Positions 36,213-44,403 of a stretch of 58,383 bases of DNA are shown here, piece by piece; the first letter of the stretch is position 1, and each line of letters begins with the position of its first letter. This stretch comes from Thermotogota bacterium. Lineage in GTDB: Bacteria > Thermotogota > Thermotogae > MWEM01. The notes beneath the pieces are model-generated. The model did no database searches. It saw nothing but the letters and a program-made list of their open reading frames with translations, and was not told where the DNA came from. The DNA lies in NCBI GenBank assembly GCA_034659095.1, contig JAYEGQ010000129.1, positions 1 to 58,383 on the forward strand. Reading direction: 5' to 3'. The position numbers and the translations under genes are program-made.

Positions 36213-36327
36213 CAAGGAAAAAGGCCCAAAACGGGCAAAAAAGCTGGAATACCAAGATTCATGTGAAAGAAACGAAGTGGAAGGCAAATTCGGAGAGCTA
36301 CTACCGGAGCTCTCTCAATTTTTTTAT
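36213..36327 (+). ncRNA. candidate small RNA or leader (promoter-to-terminator unit, ~115 nt)
   Basis: Bounded by the extended -10 at 36198-36206 and the terminator at 36293-36327. It contains the hairpin GCCC aaaac GGGC. No SD-led ORF is present. Confidence 0.3.
36293..36327 (+). terminator. intrinsic terminator
   Basis: GAGAGCT (36293-36299) pairs with AGCTCTC (36308-36314) around an 8-nt loop, then TCAATTTTTTTATTATTTTTTT. Confidence 0.6.
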
Positions 36328-36495
36328 TATTTTTTTGTTTTTGGCCCAAATATCCAATATTTTCGATGTTTTTCGAACATTCTCTTCAAAAAAAGGGGGT
36401 TTGCATTTAGTTGTTAATATTGTGTGTCTGGAAATTCGGGTTTTTCGTTTTTCAGCAGGCCCTAAGATAGTCAAAATGGACTTTGGAGGTTTTGG

Positions 36496-37329
36496 ATGAA
36501 GGCAATCGCTTATTTGCTGCTGGTGACTTTGATTTGGGGTACAACATTCCCGTTGCAAAAGTTTTTTTTGGTGGATATTTCCCCCTTTGTGTTCAACGCC
36601 ATACGGTTTTGGCTGGCGGCACTTTTTTCTTTGTTTTTTACCAAAAAGCATGTCTTTAAAAAGGCCTTTCTTCTGGGGTTGGTGTTTGGCGTGGCCTATC
36701 TCACTCAGACTTGGGGGATTACTCTGACCACAGCTTCTAAAAGTGGTTTTTTAACTTCCCTGTACGTCGTCATTGTTCCTCTCTTTGCCTTTTTGATGGA
36801 GGGGGAAAAAGTGAACGGCTACCAGAAAATTGGCTTTCCCTTTGCCATTATCGGGTCTTATTTCATGGCCGGTGGAATCAGTGGGTTAAACGTCGGTGAC
36901 TTGTTGAATATTGCCTGTGGCGTTTTCTTTGCCTTGCACGTTGTCATGATCACAAAGGCATCAAGAAAGATTGACGAGATGAGTTTACTAACATGGCAGT
37001 TTGCTACGGCGGCAATGATCAACACCATTGCAGGAATTGGTGGTAATTGGATATTACCGGCTTCAGTTTTTTCAGTTGCCATTTACTTGGCTCTATTTCC
37101 AACACTACTCGCTTTGATCATTCAGTTAAAGTACCAAAGGAAAGTGGGAAACAACATCACGGCGTTGATTTTTGTGGGAGAACCGATTTTTTCTGCACTT
37201 TTTGCCGTTCTATTTATAGGAGAAAGAATGACGATCATGCAAACGATTGGAGCAAGTATGTTGGTTGCAGCTATCTTGTTTGCCGGTCTTGAGAGAAGAA
37301 GGCGTAAATTAAAAACAATAGGCCAATAA
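36496..37329 (+). CDS. EamA/DMT-family transporter
   Basis: Ten hydrophobic segments in two EamA-like halves. N-terminus LLVTLIWGTTFPLQK. Confidence 0.75.
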   Translation: MKAIAYLLLVTLIWGTTFPLQKFFLVDISPFVFNAIRFWLAALFSLFFTKKHVFKKAFLLGLVFGVAYLTQTWGITLTTASKSGFLTSLYVVIVPLFAFLMEGEKVNGYQKIGFPFAIIGSYFMAGGISGLNVGDLLNIACGVFFALHVVMITKASRKIDEMSLLTWQFATAAMINTIAGIGGNWILPASVFSVAIYLALFPTLLALIIQLKYQRKVGNNITALIFVGEPIFSALFAVLFIGERMTIMQTIGASMLVAAILFAGLERRRRKLKTIGQ

Positions 37330-37358
37330 AACTTTCTTGAAACAATTTTTTTGGCTAC

Positions 37359-37387
37359 TTGACAGAATGGATTATTTATAGTATATT
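37359..37387 (+). promoter_or_regulatory. csp promoter
   Basis: TTGACA (37359-37364), 17-nt spacer, TATATT (37382-37387). Confidence 0.6.
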
Positions 37388-37435
37388 ATACCATCAAGCG
37401 CATCTGATGCGCAGAATTTTAGGAGGAACAAGTTA

Positions 37436-37636
37436 ATGGCAAAAGGAACAGTAAAGTGGTTCAACACACAGAAAGGCTATGGATTTATCACAAAGGATGA
37501 CGGAGACGATGTATTCGTACATTATTCCGCTATTCAGTCAGACGGATTCAAGAATCTCGAAGAAGGACAAGCAGTAGAATTTGAGATTTCCGATGGCAAC
37601 AAAGGTCCACAGGCATCAAACGTAACGCTGGTTTAA
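37436..37636 (+). CDS. cspA: cold-shock protein
   Basis: RNP1 KGYGFI and RNP2 VFVHYS motifs; 66 aa. Confidence 0.95.
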   Translation: MAKGTVKWFNTQKGYGFITKDDGDDVFVHYSAIQSDGFKNLEEGQAVEFEISDGNKGPQASNVTLV

Positions 37637-37676
37637 TCGAGACAGACAGTAAAAGGATTTTAGGAGGAACAAATTA

Positions 37677-37880
37677 ATGGAAAAAGGTACAGTAAAGTGG
37701 TTTAACACCCAAAAAGGTTATGGATTTATTACTAAAGAAGACGGAGAGGATGTATTCGTGCATTACTCAGCAATCAAATCTGAAGGATTTAAGAACCTCG
37801 AGGAAGGGCAGAAAGTCGAATTTGAAGTTCAGGAAGGTAGTAAAGGTCCTCAGGCTGCAGAGGTTTCAGTGGTAGAATAA
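37677..37880 (+). CDS. cold-shock protein (tandem paralog)
   Basis: Same motifs, 67 aa. The SD context is near-identical to the first copy (ATTTTAGGAGGAACAA.TTAATGG). Confidence 0.95.
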   Translation: MEKGTVKWFNTQKGYGFITKEDGEDVFVHYSAIKSEGFKNLEEGQKVEFEVQEGSKGPQAAEVSVVE

Positions 37881-37917
37881 AATTTTAGACAGTTAGAATA
37901 TATATTTTTAGCAAAAA

Positions 37918-37943
37918 GGCGGGATGAAAAGCCCGCCTTTTTT
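37918..37943 (+). terminator. intrinsic terminator after the csp pair
   Basis: GGCGGG pairs with CCCGCC around an 8-nt loop, followed by TTTTTT. Confidence 0.75.
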
Positions 37944-38056
37944 GTTACGTGTATTTCGCGTTTTCAGAATAACTTAAAATTTCTCCCTCGAGAAGATGCT
38001 CCCGCTGGGGGATTTCCCGCCTTTAGTCATACGTGAAGTTTTGTTTCTCAAAAACT

Positions 38057-39703
38057 TCAAGGACTGTTTCTCAAGTCCACAGGTATGCGCACGGTAAAGG
38101 TGGAGCCTTTTCCCTCAACGCTTTCAAGAAAGATCTTCCCGTTCATCTTTTCAACAATGGAACTGATCATGGGCAAGCCTAAACCCAGACCCTTAAACTC
38201 TTTTGTAAGGCTTAAATCCTTTTGAAAGAAGATTTCATAAATCCTTTTCTGGGTTTCTTCATCGATGCCAACACCTGTGTCTGAAACTGCGAGGATCAGC
38301 GTTCCGTTGCTTTTTGTGGTCAGCAAATAGTCGGTACTGATAATGATCCTTCCGGATGTGGTGAATTTGATGGCGTTGTCCACCAATTTGTCCAATATCT
38401 GGCGAAGCATCTTTGGATCGGTATATAATGTTTCAGGTAAGTTGTATTTCTTTACAATAAGCTCCAACTTCTTTTTTTCAGCGGCTATTTTAAACAAACC
38501 GGCAACCTCTTCAATCAAGTCACTTGGATTGATTGTTGAAGGCTGGATTTCTGTTTTGCCGTTGTTTAATTTAACAATTTCGTACAAATCGCAAAAGATC
38601 TTCTCCAGTTGCAAAGAAGAGTGTAAAGCGATCTCCAACAGGTATCGTGATTCATCATTTACGTCGGTTTCCAAGGTGGTTTCTATGGCACCGGTTATTC
38701 CCGAAAGGGGCGTTCTAAGCTCATGACTGAGATTTGACAAAAATTCGGTTTTGGCCTTGTTAAGATTATTGGCCTCTTCTTCGGCTTTCACTAATTCTTT
38801 CCTCATTTTTATGTTAACTAATAACTGTGAGAACAAGTAGAGTAGCTTTTTTTCCTTTTGTGTATAACTGTGATAATTGTTGACCGAATCGAACCCCACA
38901 AAACCGATGCATTCCTTTCCTTTCATCATGGGGATTGCCAACAGACTCTTAATGCTTTGAGCTTCTAATACCTTTTTCAGCCCACTTTCTTGAAGTTGAG
39001 GAGCATTTTCGATATACATATCCTTGCCGTTGATATGTTGATTCACCCATTCTGGCACCATTGAAAGGGGAACTTTTTGAAGATTCTCTTTTTGGGGGAG
39101 AATTCCCTCTGCGCACCATTCCAGTGTGTTCGTGGTCAATCCCGTGTCAAAATGATACTCAAACACATAAGCTCTGTCCGCTTCCACAAAGCGCGCAAGT
39201 TCACCTAAAGCTATTTCAATAGTTTCATCTGATTTTTCTAAAGGGATGTTGATATATTCAGTGGCAATATGCATGATGATTCTTTCCATGGTCAGATGAT
39301 GTTTCAGGCTTTCTAAAATTCTCCGTTGACTGGAAGTGTCGGTTATGGTTAATAGCACAAGTTTGTTATTGTTACTCGTAAAAGTAGTGTAATTCACCTT
39401 GACAAACAAATCCTCACCATCAGCTGTTTTGAACTCTAATGTAAACATGGGCAAGGGTTCTTCCTGTTGAATCCTTCGGATGAATTCTTTCATCTTATGC
39501 GCAGGTCGTAAGATTGATGTGCCATAAAAAGATGAACCAACCAGCTGTTGCTTGTCATAACCGGAAAGTTCGTAAAAAAGGTCATCCACCTGAACGATCT
39601 TGCCGGTTTCCAAATCGAAGATCAGTGCAGGAAGGGGAGCCTTTAGAAAAAGGGTTTTATAATCAATTGGCTTGTTTTGCTGATTGCCTTTTTTGTCCAT
39701 CAT
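38057..39703 (-). CDS. cytoplasmic PAS-GAF sensor histidine kinase (orphan)
   Basis: H-box LSHELRTPLSG; G-boxes DTGVGI and GLGLGLPM...GKGSTFTVRIP. The N-terminal half has PAS-like then GAF-like patterns. ATG at 39703 follows GGGAGA. Confidence 0.8.
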   Translation of the reverse strand: MMDKKGNQQNKPIDYKTLFLKAPLPALIFDLETGKIVQVDDLFYELSGYDKQQLVGSSFYGTSILRPAHKMKEFIRRIQQEEPLPMFTLEFKTADGEDLFVKVNYTTFTSNNNKLVLLTITDTSSQRRILESLKHHLTMERIIMHIATEYINIPLEKSDETIEIALGELARFVEADRAYVFEYHFDTGLTTNTLEWCAEGILPQKENLQKVPLSMVPEWVNQHINGKDMYIENAPQLQESGLKKVLEAQSIKSLLAIPMMKGKECIGFVGFDSVNNYHSYTQKEKKLLYLFSQLLVNIKMRKELVKAEEEANNLNKAKTEFLSNLSHELRTPLSGITGAIETTLETDVNDESRYLLEIALHSSLQLEKIFCDLYEIVKLNNGKTEIQPSTINPSDLIEEVAGLFKIAAEKKKLELIVKKYNLPETLYTDPKMLRQILDKLVDNAIKFTTSGRIIISTDYLLTTKSNGTLILAVSDTGVGIDEETQKRIYEIFFQKDLSLTKEFKGLGLGLPMISSIVEKMNGKIFLESVEGKGSTFTVRIPVDLRNSP

Positions 39704-39807
39704 GAATTCTCCCGATGAATCGTCTTTTTTGATTTTACCATAAACATATATCAATTACATATGAATATGAAATTGAAGAATTCAACCGCAAAAACACAAA
39801 AGCGTAA

Positions 39808-39846
39808 CCCCCCCCCGCCAGGGCCGGCACCCCCCCTGTGGGGGGG
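39808..39846. repeat. homopolymer-rich GC island (C9, C7-TGT-G7)
   Basis: CCCCCCCCC at 39808-39816. CCCCCCC tgt GGGGGGG at 39830-39846. Both sit in an otherwise AT-rich divergent intergenic region. Confidence 0.8.
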
Positions 39847-39927
39847 ATTAAAAACAAAAACCACGGAAGCCGCTTTTAGCCTTTTGTGGGGGAGGGCCTA
39901 TGTGTGGTCAAAAAAAATATTGACCTT

Positions 39928-39955
39928 GGAGTATTTTGCTTAGGCAAAATACTCC
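39928..39955. repeat. perfect 12-bp-arm palindrome
   Basis: GGAGTATTTTGC ttag GCAAAATACTCC, preceded by GGTCAA-N8-TTGACC (39906-39925). Confidence 0.8.
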
Positions 39956-40098
39956 CCGGCTCCAGCAGGTGAGAAAATGCTTGATTTTCCGATTATGTCT
40001 TTGAAAATGACCTTTTTGCAGTGGAACCATACATGAATTACATATAAAATTGAAAGAACAGAACTTTGACTTATTAAACAAGAAACTCAAGACCACTG

Positions 40099-40107
40099 TG
40101 TTATAAT
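40099..40107 (+). promoter_or_regulatory. extended -10 promoter of the HEAT-like/THUMP operon
   Basis: TGTTATAAT, about 44 nt upstream of the TTG start. Confidence 0.5.
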
Positions 40108-40150
40108 CACGCGTGAACAAACAGACATTAAGAAAAAGAGGAGTTTTATT

Positions 40151-40822
40151 TTGGAATTGGATGAAAGAAGGCTTGAGGTTATCAACAGAGTTGTGGAGGA
40201 AAAGGGAGAAGCGGCAATCCCGGATCTGTTGTTCCTCATGGAAAAAAACGAAGATGATCCTGAACTTATAGAAATGATCATAGAAGTTTTAAGACGGATG
40301 AATGGAGGGGTTATCGCTTATTTGCACGAGTATCTGGCTGACAATCAAAAGCGATTCAACGCAAACCCCAGAATATATAAGGAAGAGGCTTACCGGACCA
40401 CTCTGTTGGTGGTGATTGATTTGGTGGGTGAGTTGGGATATCAAGAGGATATCCCCATAATCGAATCCTTTTTGGGGATGTTTGATCAGGAAAAGATCCA
40501 TTTAATCATGTACGAAGCCATCGCCAAATTGGGTGGAGGGGCTAAATACCTGGATTTATTGGAATTGTTCGCTTTTGAGGATGATTTTACTAAAGAGATG
40601 ATCGGACAAGTCATCATGACGCTTTCATATATTGACGAGCCCCGAGCGTTGTTTGATCTGTTGAAAATCACGAAATTTGAGTGGTTGGATGCCAATCAAA
40701 AGATAATGGTTGAAAATGGGTTGAAGAGGATGTTGGGCATTCATAAAGAGTTTTATGAGCTGTTGGAAAAAGACCCGTACGGGAAGAAAGTCTTAAAAAG
40801 GCTGCTTGAGGTGAACGAATGA
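40151..40822 (+). CDS. alpha-helical HEAT/armadillo-like repeat protein, unknown function
   Basis: TTG start after AAGAGGAG. Repeated helix-turn-helix segments (AIPDLLFLMEKNEDDPELIEMIIEVL...). No catalytic motif seen. Confidence 0.5.
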   Translation: MELDERRLEVINRVVEEKGEAAIPDLLFLMEKNEDDPELIEMIIEVLRRMNGGVIAYLHEYLADNQKRFNANPRIYKEEAYRTTLLVVIDLVGELGYQEDIPIIESFLGMFDQEKIHLIMYEAIAKLGGGAKYLDLLELFAFEDDFTKEMIGQVIMTLSYIDEPRALFDLLKITKFEWLDANQKIMVENGLKRMLGIHKEFYELLEKDPYGKKVLKRLLEVNE

Positions 40823-41982
40823 AGTTTATGGCCAATTGCACAGCTGGGCTGGAAAGCCCACTGGCGCATGAGATTAAAGATTTGGGACTGGATGTCATTG
40901 ATGCCAGCGATGGGAAGGTTATTTTTGAAGGTTCAAATGATGTCCTGATTCGTGCCAGCCTTTGGTTGCGGACGGCTGAAAGGCTTTTTATCATTCTGGA
41001 TGAATTTCAAGCGACGACCTCTGATGAGCTTTTTGAAAGGCTTTACGCATATGACTGGCAAACATTGATACCAAGAAATGCCAATGTCACACTGGCCAGG
41101 GTGAAGATAAAAAAATCGTTTTTGAAAAGTCCAAGAGTGACGCAATCGGTGGCACAAAAGGCCGTTTTTAAAAAATTATGTGAATTCTATTCTCTCAGCC
41201 GACTTCCCCTGTCAGGTCCATTGTATCCCTTACATTTGTATATCCGAAAGAACAATGTAACAGTTGCTTTGGAAACCTCTGGAGAAGGTTTGCACAAGCG
41301 GGGATACCGAATCCTTTCGGGAAAAGCTCCGCTTAGAGAGACCATAGCCGCGGGATTACTCATGATAGCCCGTTGGAATGAAAAGATTGATCTCATCGAT
41401 CCATTTTGCGGATCGGGTACCATTCCCATAGAGGCGGCTATGATTGCTCGCAATCAGGCACCCAATCTGCATCGATCCTTTCTTTTTGAAGAGTGGGATT
41501 TGCTTTCCAAAGAGACCATTTTGAATGAAAGGCGTAAGGCACGAAAAGCTGTAAAGCTGAGTGATGCAAAGATCATCGGCTACGATTCAGATTGGAAGAT
41601 GATTGAGTACGCAATTGAGAATGCCAAAAAGGCTGGCGTTCTCAACGATTGTATCTTTGAAAAAATGCCCATGGAACAGGTCAAGGCAAAAGAAAAATAT
41701 GGTTATGTGCTGACGAATCCACCTTACGGAGAACGTCTTAAGGATTCTGAAGCAGCTTTTAACCTTTATCAGCAAATGAAGCATTTGAAAAAAGATCTTC
41801 CGGATTGGTCGTATTTCATATTCACCTCTCACGAAGGGGTTGAAAAGGCATTTGATATGAAGGCTTCAAAAAAGAAATGGATTACCAACAGCGGGCTGAA
41901 AACCTGGTTGTATTTTTTCTGGGGTCCTAAACCACCAAAAGGAGATGATCCCGATGTTGATACTTCTGGCAACCATGAATAA
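40819..41982 (+). CDS. THUMP-domain class I SAM-dependent RNA methyltransferase (RlmL/UPF0020-like)
   Basis: N-terminal THUMP-like region, SAM motif DPFCGSGTIPIEAA, and the catalytic NPPYGERL. Confidence 0.8.
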   Translation: MKFMANCTAGLESPLAHEIKDLGLDVIDASDGKVIFEGSNDVLIRASLWLRTAERLFIILDEFQATTSDELFERLYAYDWQTLIPRNANVTLARVKIKKSFLKSPRVTQSVAQKAVFKKLCEFYSLSRLPLSGPLYPLHLYIRKNNVTVALETSGEGLHKRGYRILSGKAPLRETIAAGLLMIARWNEKIDLIDPFCGSGTIPIEAAMIARNQAPNLHRSFLFEEWDLLSKETILNERRKARKAVKLSDAKIIGYDSDWKMIEYAIENAKKAGVLNDCIFEKMPMEQVKAKEKYGYVLTNPPYGERLKDSEAAFNLYQQMKHLKKDLPDWSYFIFTSHEGVEKAFDMKASKKKWITNSGLKTWLYFFWGPKPPKGDDPDVDTSGNHE

Positions 41983-42550
41983 GAACAAAGTTGATGAGAT
42001 AAAGAAAATTGTCCCTGAGATTCCCTTTAAAAATATCGGTGATTTTTGCAATGAATGGGATGTGGAGGAAAACGGTGATTCCTTTGAAGAAAACGCCATA
42101 AAAAAGGCGGTTATTTCCGGAAATTATTTTGGTCTTTACACTGTAGCGGATGATTCCGGACTAGAAATAAAGGCCTTAAACGGATTTCCGGGAGTCAGAT
42201 CGTCCCGCTTTATGGCTGAAAGCAGTTATGTTGAGAAGATGACGGAATTGCTTAATAAGATGAAAGCTTATGAGACTGATGAGGAAAGATACGCCCAATT
42301 CAGAACGGTAGCCTGTTTTTACGATCCGTTAGAAAACAAACGGATCTTGGTTGAAGGTATCGTGAAAGGCACATTGTCCAAAGAAATCAGTGGAGATGGC
42401 GGATTTGGCTACGATCCTATCTTTATCCCCGAGGGCTTTGAAAAGACATTCGGTGAGCTTCCGGAAACAGTAAAAAATTCCTTTAGCCATCGCGCCAGGG
42501 CTTTTGCAACGCTAAAAGAACGATTAAAGAAAGAGGGATATATTAAATGA
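41945..42550 (+). CDS. rdgB: dITP/XTP pyrophosphatase (RdgB/HAM1 family)
   Basis: LATMNKNKVDEI, ADDSGLEI and GFGYDPIF motifs. The start is at 41945 or 41954. Confidence 0.85.
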   Translation: MIPMLILLATMNKNKVDEIKKIVPEIPFKNIGDFCNEWDVEENGDSFEENAIKKAVISGNYFGLYTVADDSGLEIKALNGFPGVRSSRFMAESSYVEKMTELLNKMKAYETDEERYAQFRTVACFYDPLENKRILVEGIVKGTLSKEISGDGGFGYDPIFIPEGFEKTFGELPETVKNSFSHRARAFATLKERLKKEGYIK

Positions 42551-43131
42551 TACCATGTGAAATGTATTTGTTTAGACATGCACAAACTCAATGGAATTTG
42601 GAAAAAAGATTTCAGGGACAACAGGATAGCCCCCTATCGGAGTTGGGGAAATTACAGTCCAAAAAGATGGCGGAAATACTACAAGTCATCAATCCAGAGA
42701 TCGTTGTGACCTCAACACTTGAAAGGACAAAAGAAACCGCTCGTTTAGCCCTTGAGGAATGGGGGCAAGAGTTAGAAATAATTGAAATGGAAGAGCTGAA
42801 AGAGTCAGCCTTCGGTCCGTGGGAAGGTATGATGATAGACGATGTGAAACGAGACTTTCCAGAAGAGTTTAACAGTCATCGGACAACTCCTCATTTGTTT
42901 GAGATGGAAGGGGTTGAAAGATATGAAGACATTCAAAAAAGGGGTTTGGAAGGTCTAAAGAAAATTGCACAAAAGCATCCCGGCAAACGGGTTTTAGTGG
43001 TCACCCACGGATTAATGCTGTTGTGCGTTTTGGCGGGAATCAGGAATATTCCCCTTAGCTTGGCACGGGAAAAGATTACGATTCCCGATAATACCGAGTA
43101 TGTACGTGTGGATTGTTTGGTTGATGATTAG
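42547..43131 (+). CDS. histidine phosphatase family protein (phosphoglycerate mutase-like)
   Basis: RHG-type motif LFRHAQTQWN with a distal VVTHG. Confidence 0.8.
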   Translation: MIPCEMYLFRHAQTQWNLEKRFQGQQDSPLSELGKLQSKKMAEILQVINPEIVVTSTLERTKETARLALEEWGQELEIIEMEELKESAFGPWEGMMIDDVKRDFPEEFNSHRTTPHLFEMEGVERYEDIQKRGLEGLKKIAQKHPGKRVLVVTHGLMLLCVLAGIRNIPLSLAREKITIPDNTEYVRVDCLVDD

Positions 43132-43544
43132 TTGAGTGTATCGCCTTGTAAGTCAATAACATCGCCTGTTTCCAATGTTATTTCGAACTTGTCCGAAGTG
43201 AGTTTTCCAGAGTAAAGTTTACTGAAAAGATCAATAATTTCATTATCTCTATCCCCGTACATTAACTCTACAGGGATACGTTTTTCAGGTGAATACAGGT
43301 CAAAAACAACATGACTCATTCCCTCAAAAGGAAAGAGAAAGCCGTCGTTTAACTCTTCAAGGCTAAAAACCTCTTCAAGGGTATCTTCGATTTCAGCAGC
43401 ATGATATCCTAGCTGCTCCAGCTCTTCATAAACCTTTTCATATATACTTTCTTTATCCTCTATTCCGCCTATCAACGCCTTTAAAACCAATGCCATGGCG
43501 ACTTCCAATATCTGTCCGCTAAACGTAAAAATCAAACCTTTCAT
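43128..43544 (-). CDS. acidic hypothetical protein
   Basis: Open frame of 138 aa with no motif I recognise. Start may be the internal M17 (GGAAG SD). Its stop overlaps the convergent gene's stop (TTAG). Confidence 0.4.
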   Translation of the reverse strand: MKGLIFTFSGQILEVAMALVLKALIGGIEDKESIYEKVYEELEQLGYHAAEIEDTLEEVFSLEELNDGFLFPFEGMSHVVFDLYSPEKRIPVELMYGDRDNEIIDLFSKLYSGKLTSDKFEITLETGDVIDLQGDTLN

Positions 43545-43651
43545 TAAAAATATTTGTACTGCTGCATTATATCATGAACGCGTATAAGAACGATAACAGT
43601 TGACAATCTCCTTTATGAAGACGGGAAAGAGTATGGTTTTGCTCAAAACAT

Positions 43652-43680
43652 TTGGCATATTTGCGTTTTCCGTGTAAAAT
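43652..43680 (+). promoter_or_regulatory. promoter of the DUF47-pit operon
   Basis: TTGGCA (43652-43657), 17-nt spacer ending in TG, TAAAAT (43675-43680). Confidence 0.5.
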
Positions 43681-43716
43681 ATTGTGAAGATTTATTCAGC
43701 TGAAGGGGGTTATAGA

Positions 43717-44388
43717 ATGAAATTCATCGATAGGTTGTTTCCCAAGGATTCTCCTGTTGGCCTTATGAAAAGGCATGCGCAGTTGGCAAAGGATGCTTGT
43801 GATTATTTGCCGGATGTTTTGGGGAAGTATTTTTACGAGCAGGAAATTTCCGAGATTGGAAAAAAAGTGGATCAAATTGAACACGATGCGGATGATATAA
43901 AGGTAGAGATCAGGAAGGCTTATGCAGAGCTTAAATACACGTATTTTGACAAAGTAGATGCCTTGTTTATACTTCACAAACAGGACGGGATCATCGATAA
44001 GGCGGATGATGTGATCAAGATGTTGATGATGAACCAGATAAAAAACCTCGATCATCTTATTATCAAGGATGTTATCGCACTTTCGCATACGGTGGTCGAT
44101 TCGGTGTCGAAGATGACTCATGCAGTGTCAAATCTCAGTATTGTGGCAGAGTCATCTTTTTCGAAAAGGGAAATCGCAAAGGAGAAAGAAGATTTGATGT
44201 CGGTTGAACAAACCGAAAGCCAAAGTGATGATGAATCCATTGATTTGGGAAAAAGGGTTTATGCCATGAAGGATAGAATGAATGCGGTGGATATTTTGTT
44301 TCTTCAGGATATTATACGAAACTTGGCGAAAATTGCCGACAGGGCTGAAAGAGTTGCTGAAAAAGTCAGAATGCTGATCAAGGCTTAA
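43717..44388 (+). CDS. DUF47 (PhoU-like) phosphate transport regulator
   Basis: MKFIDRLFPK N-terminus with a helical PhoU-like pattern. It directly precedes a PiT transporter, the usual pairing. Confidence 0.7.
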   Translation: MKFIDRLFPKDSPVGLMKRHAQLAKDACDYLPDVLGKYFYEQEISEIGKKVDQIEHDADDIKVEIRKAYAELKYTYFDKVDALFILHKQDGIIDKADDVIKMLMMNQIKNLDHLIIKDVIALSHTVVDSVSKMTHAVSNLSIVAESSFSKREIAKEKEDLMSVEQTESQSDDESIDLGKRVYAMKDRMNAVDILFLQDIIRNLAKIADRAERVAEKVRMLIKA

Positions 44389-44403
44389 CAGGAGGGATGT
44401 AAA

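Noticed and set aside
36263-36499. 78-aa GTG-started ORF filling the gap upstream of the EamA gene.
   Set aside because: It has no SD, runs through a terminator hairpin and T-runs (giving the FFIIFLFL stretch), and ends inside the EamA start region. It is likely non-coding.
39761-39943. 60-aa ORF with a PPPPGPAPP stretch, and the 70-aa minus-strand ORF at 39908-40120.
   Set aside because: The proline run is simply the translated C-homopolymer island. Neither ORF has a ribosome-binding site, and both run through the hairpins.
43128-43131. Convergent genes whose stop codons overlap (TTAG), leaving no terminator space.
   Set aside because: This is real in the sequence, but the minus-strand 138-aa ORF is itself weakly supported. 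The overlap may simply reflect a spurious or mis-ended ORF.
43653-43664. TGGCATATTTGC resembles a sigma-54 -24/-12 element upstream of DUF47-pit.
   Set aside because: The GG-to-GC spacing is 3 nt shorter than the TGGCAC-N5-TTGC consensus. The TTGGCA is better explained as the -35 box of a sigma-70 promoter, lying 17 nt upstream of TAAAAT (the spacer ends in TG).
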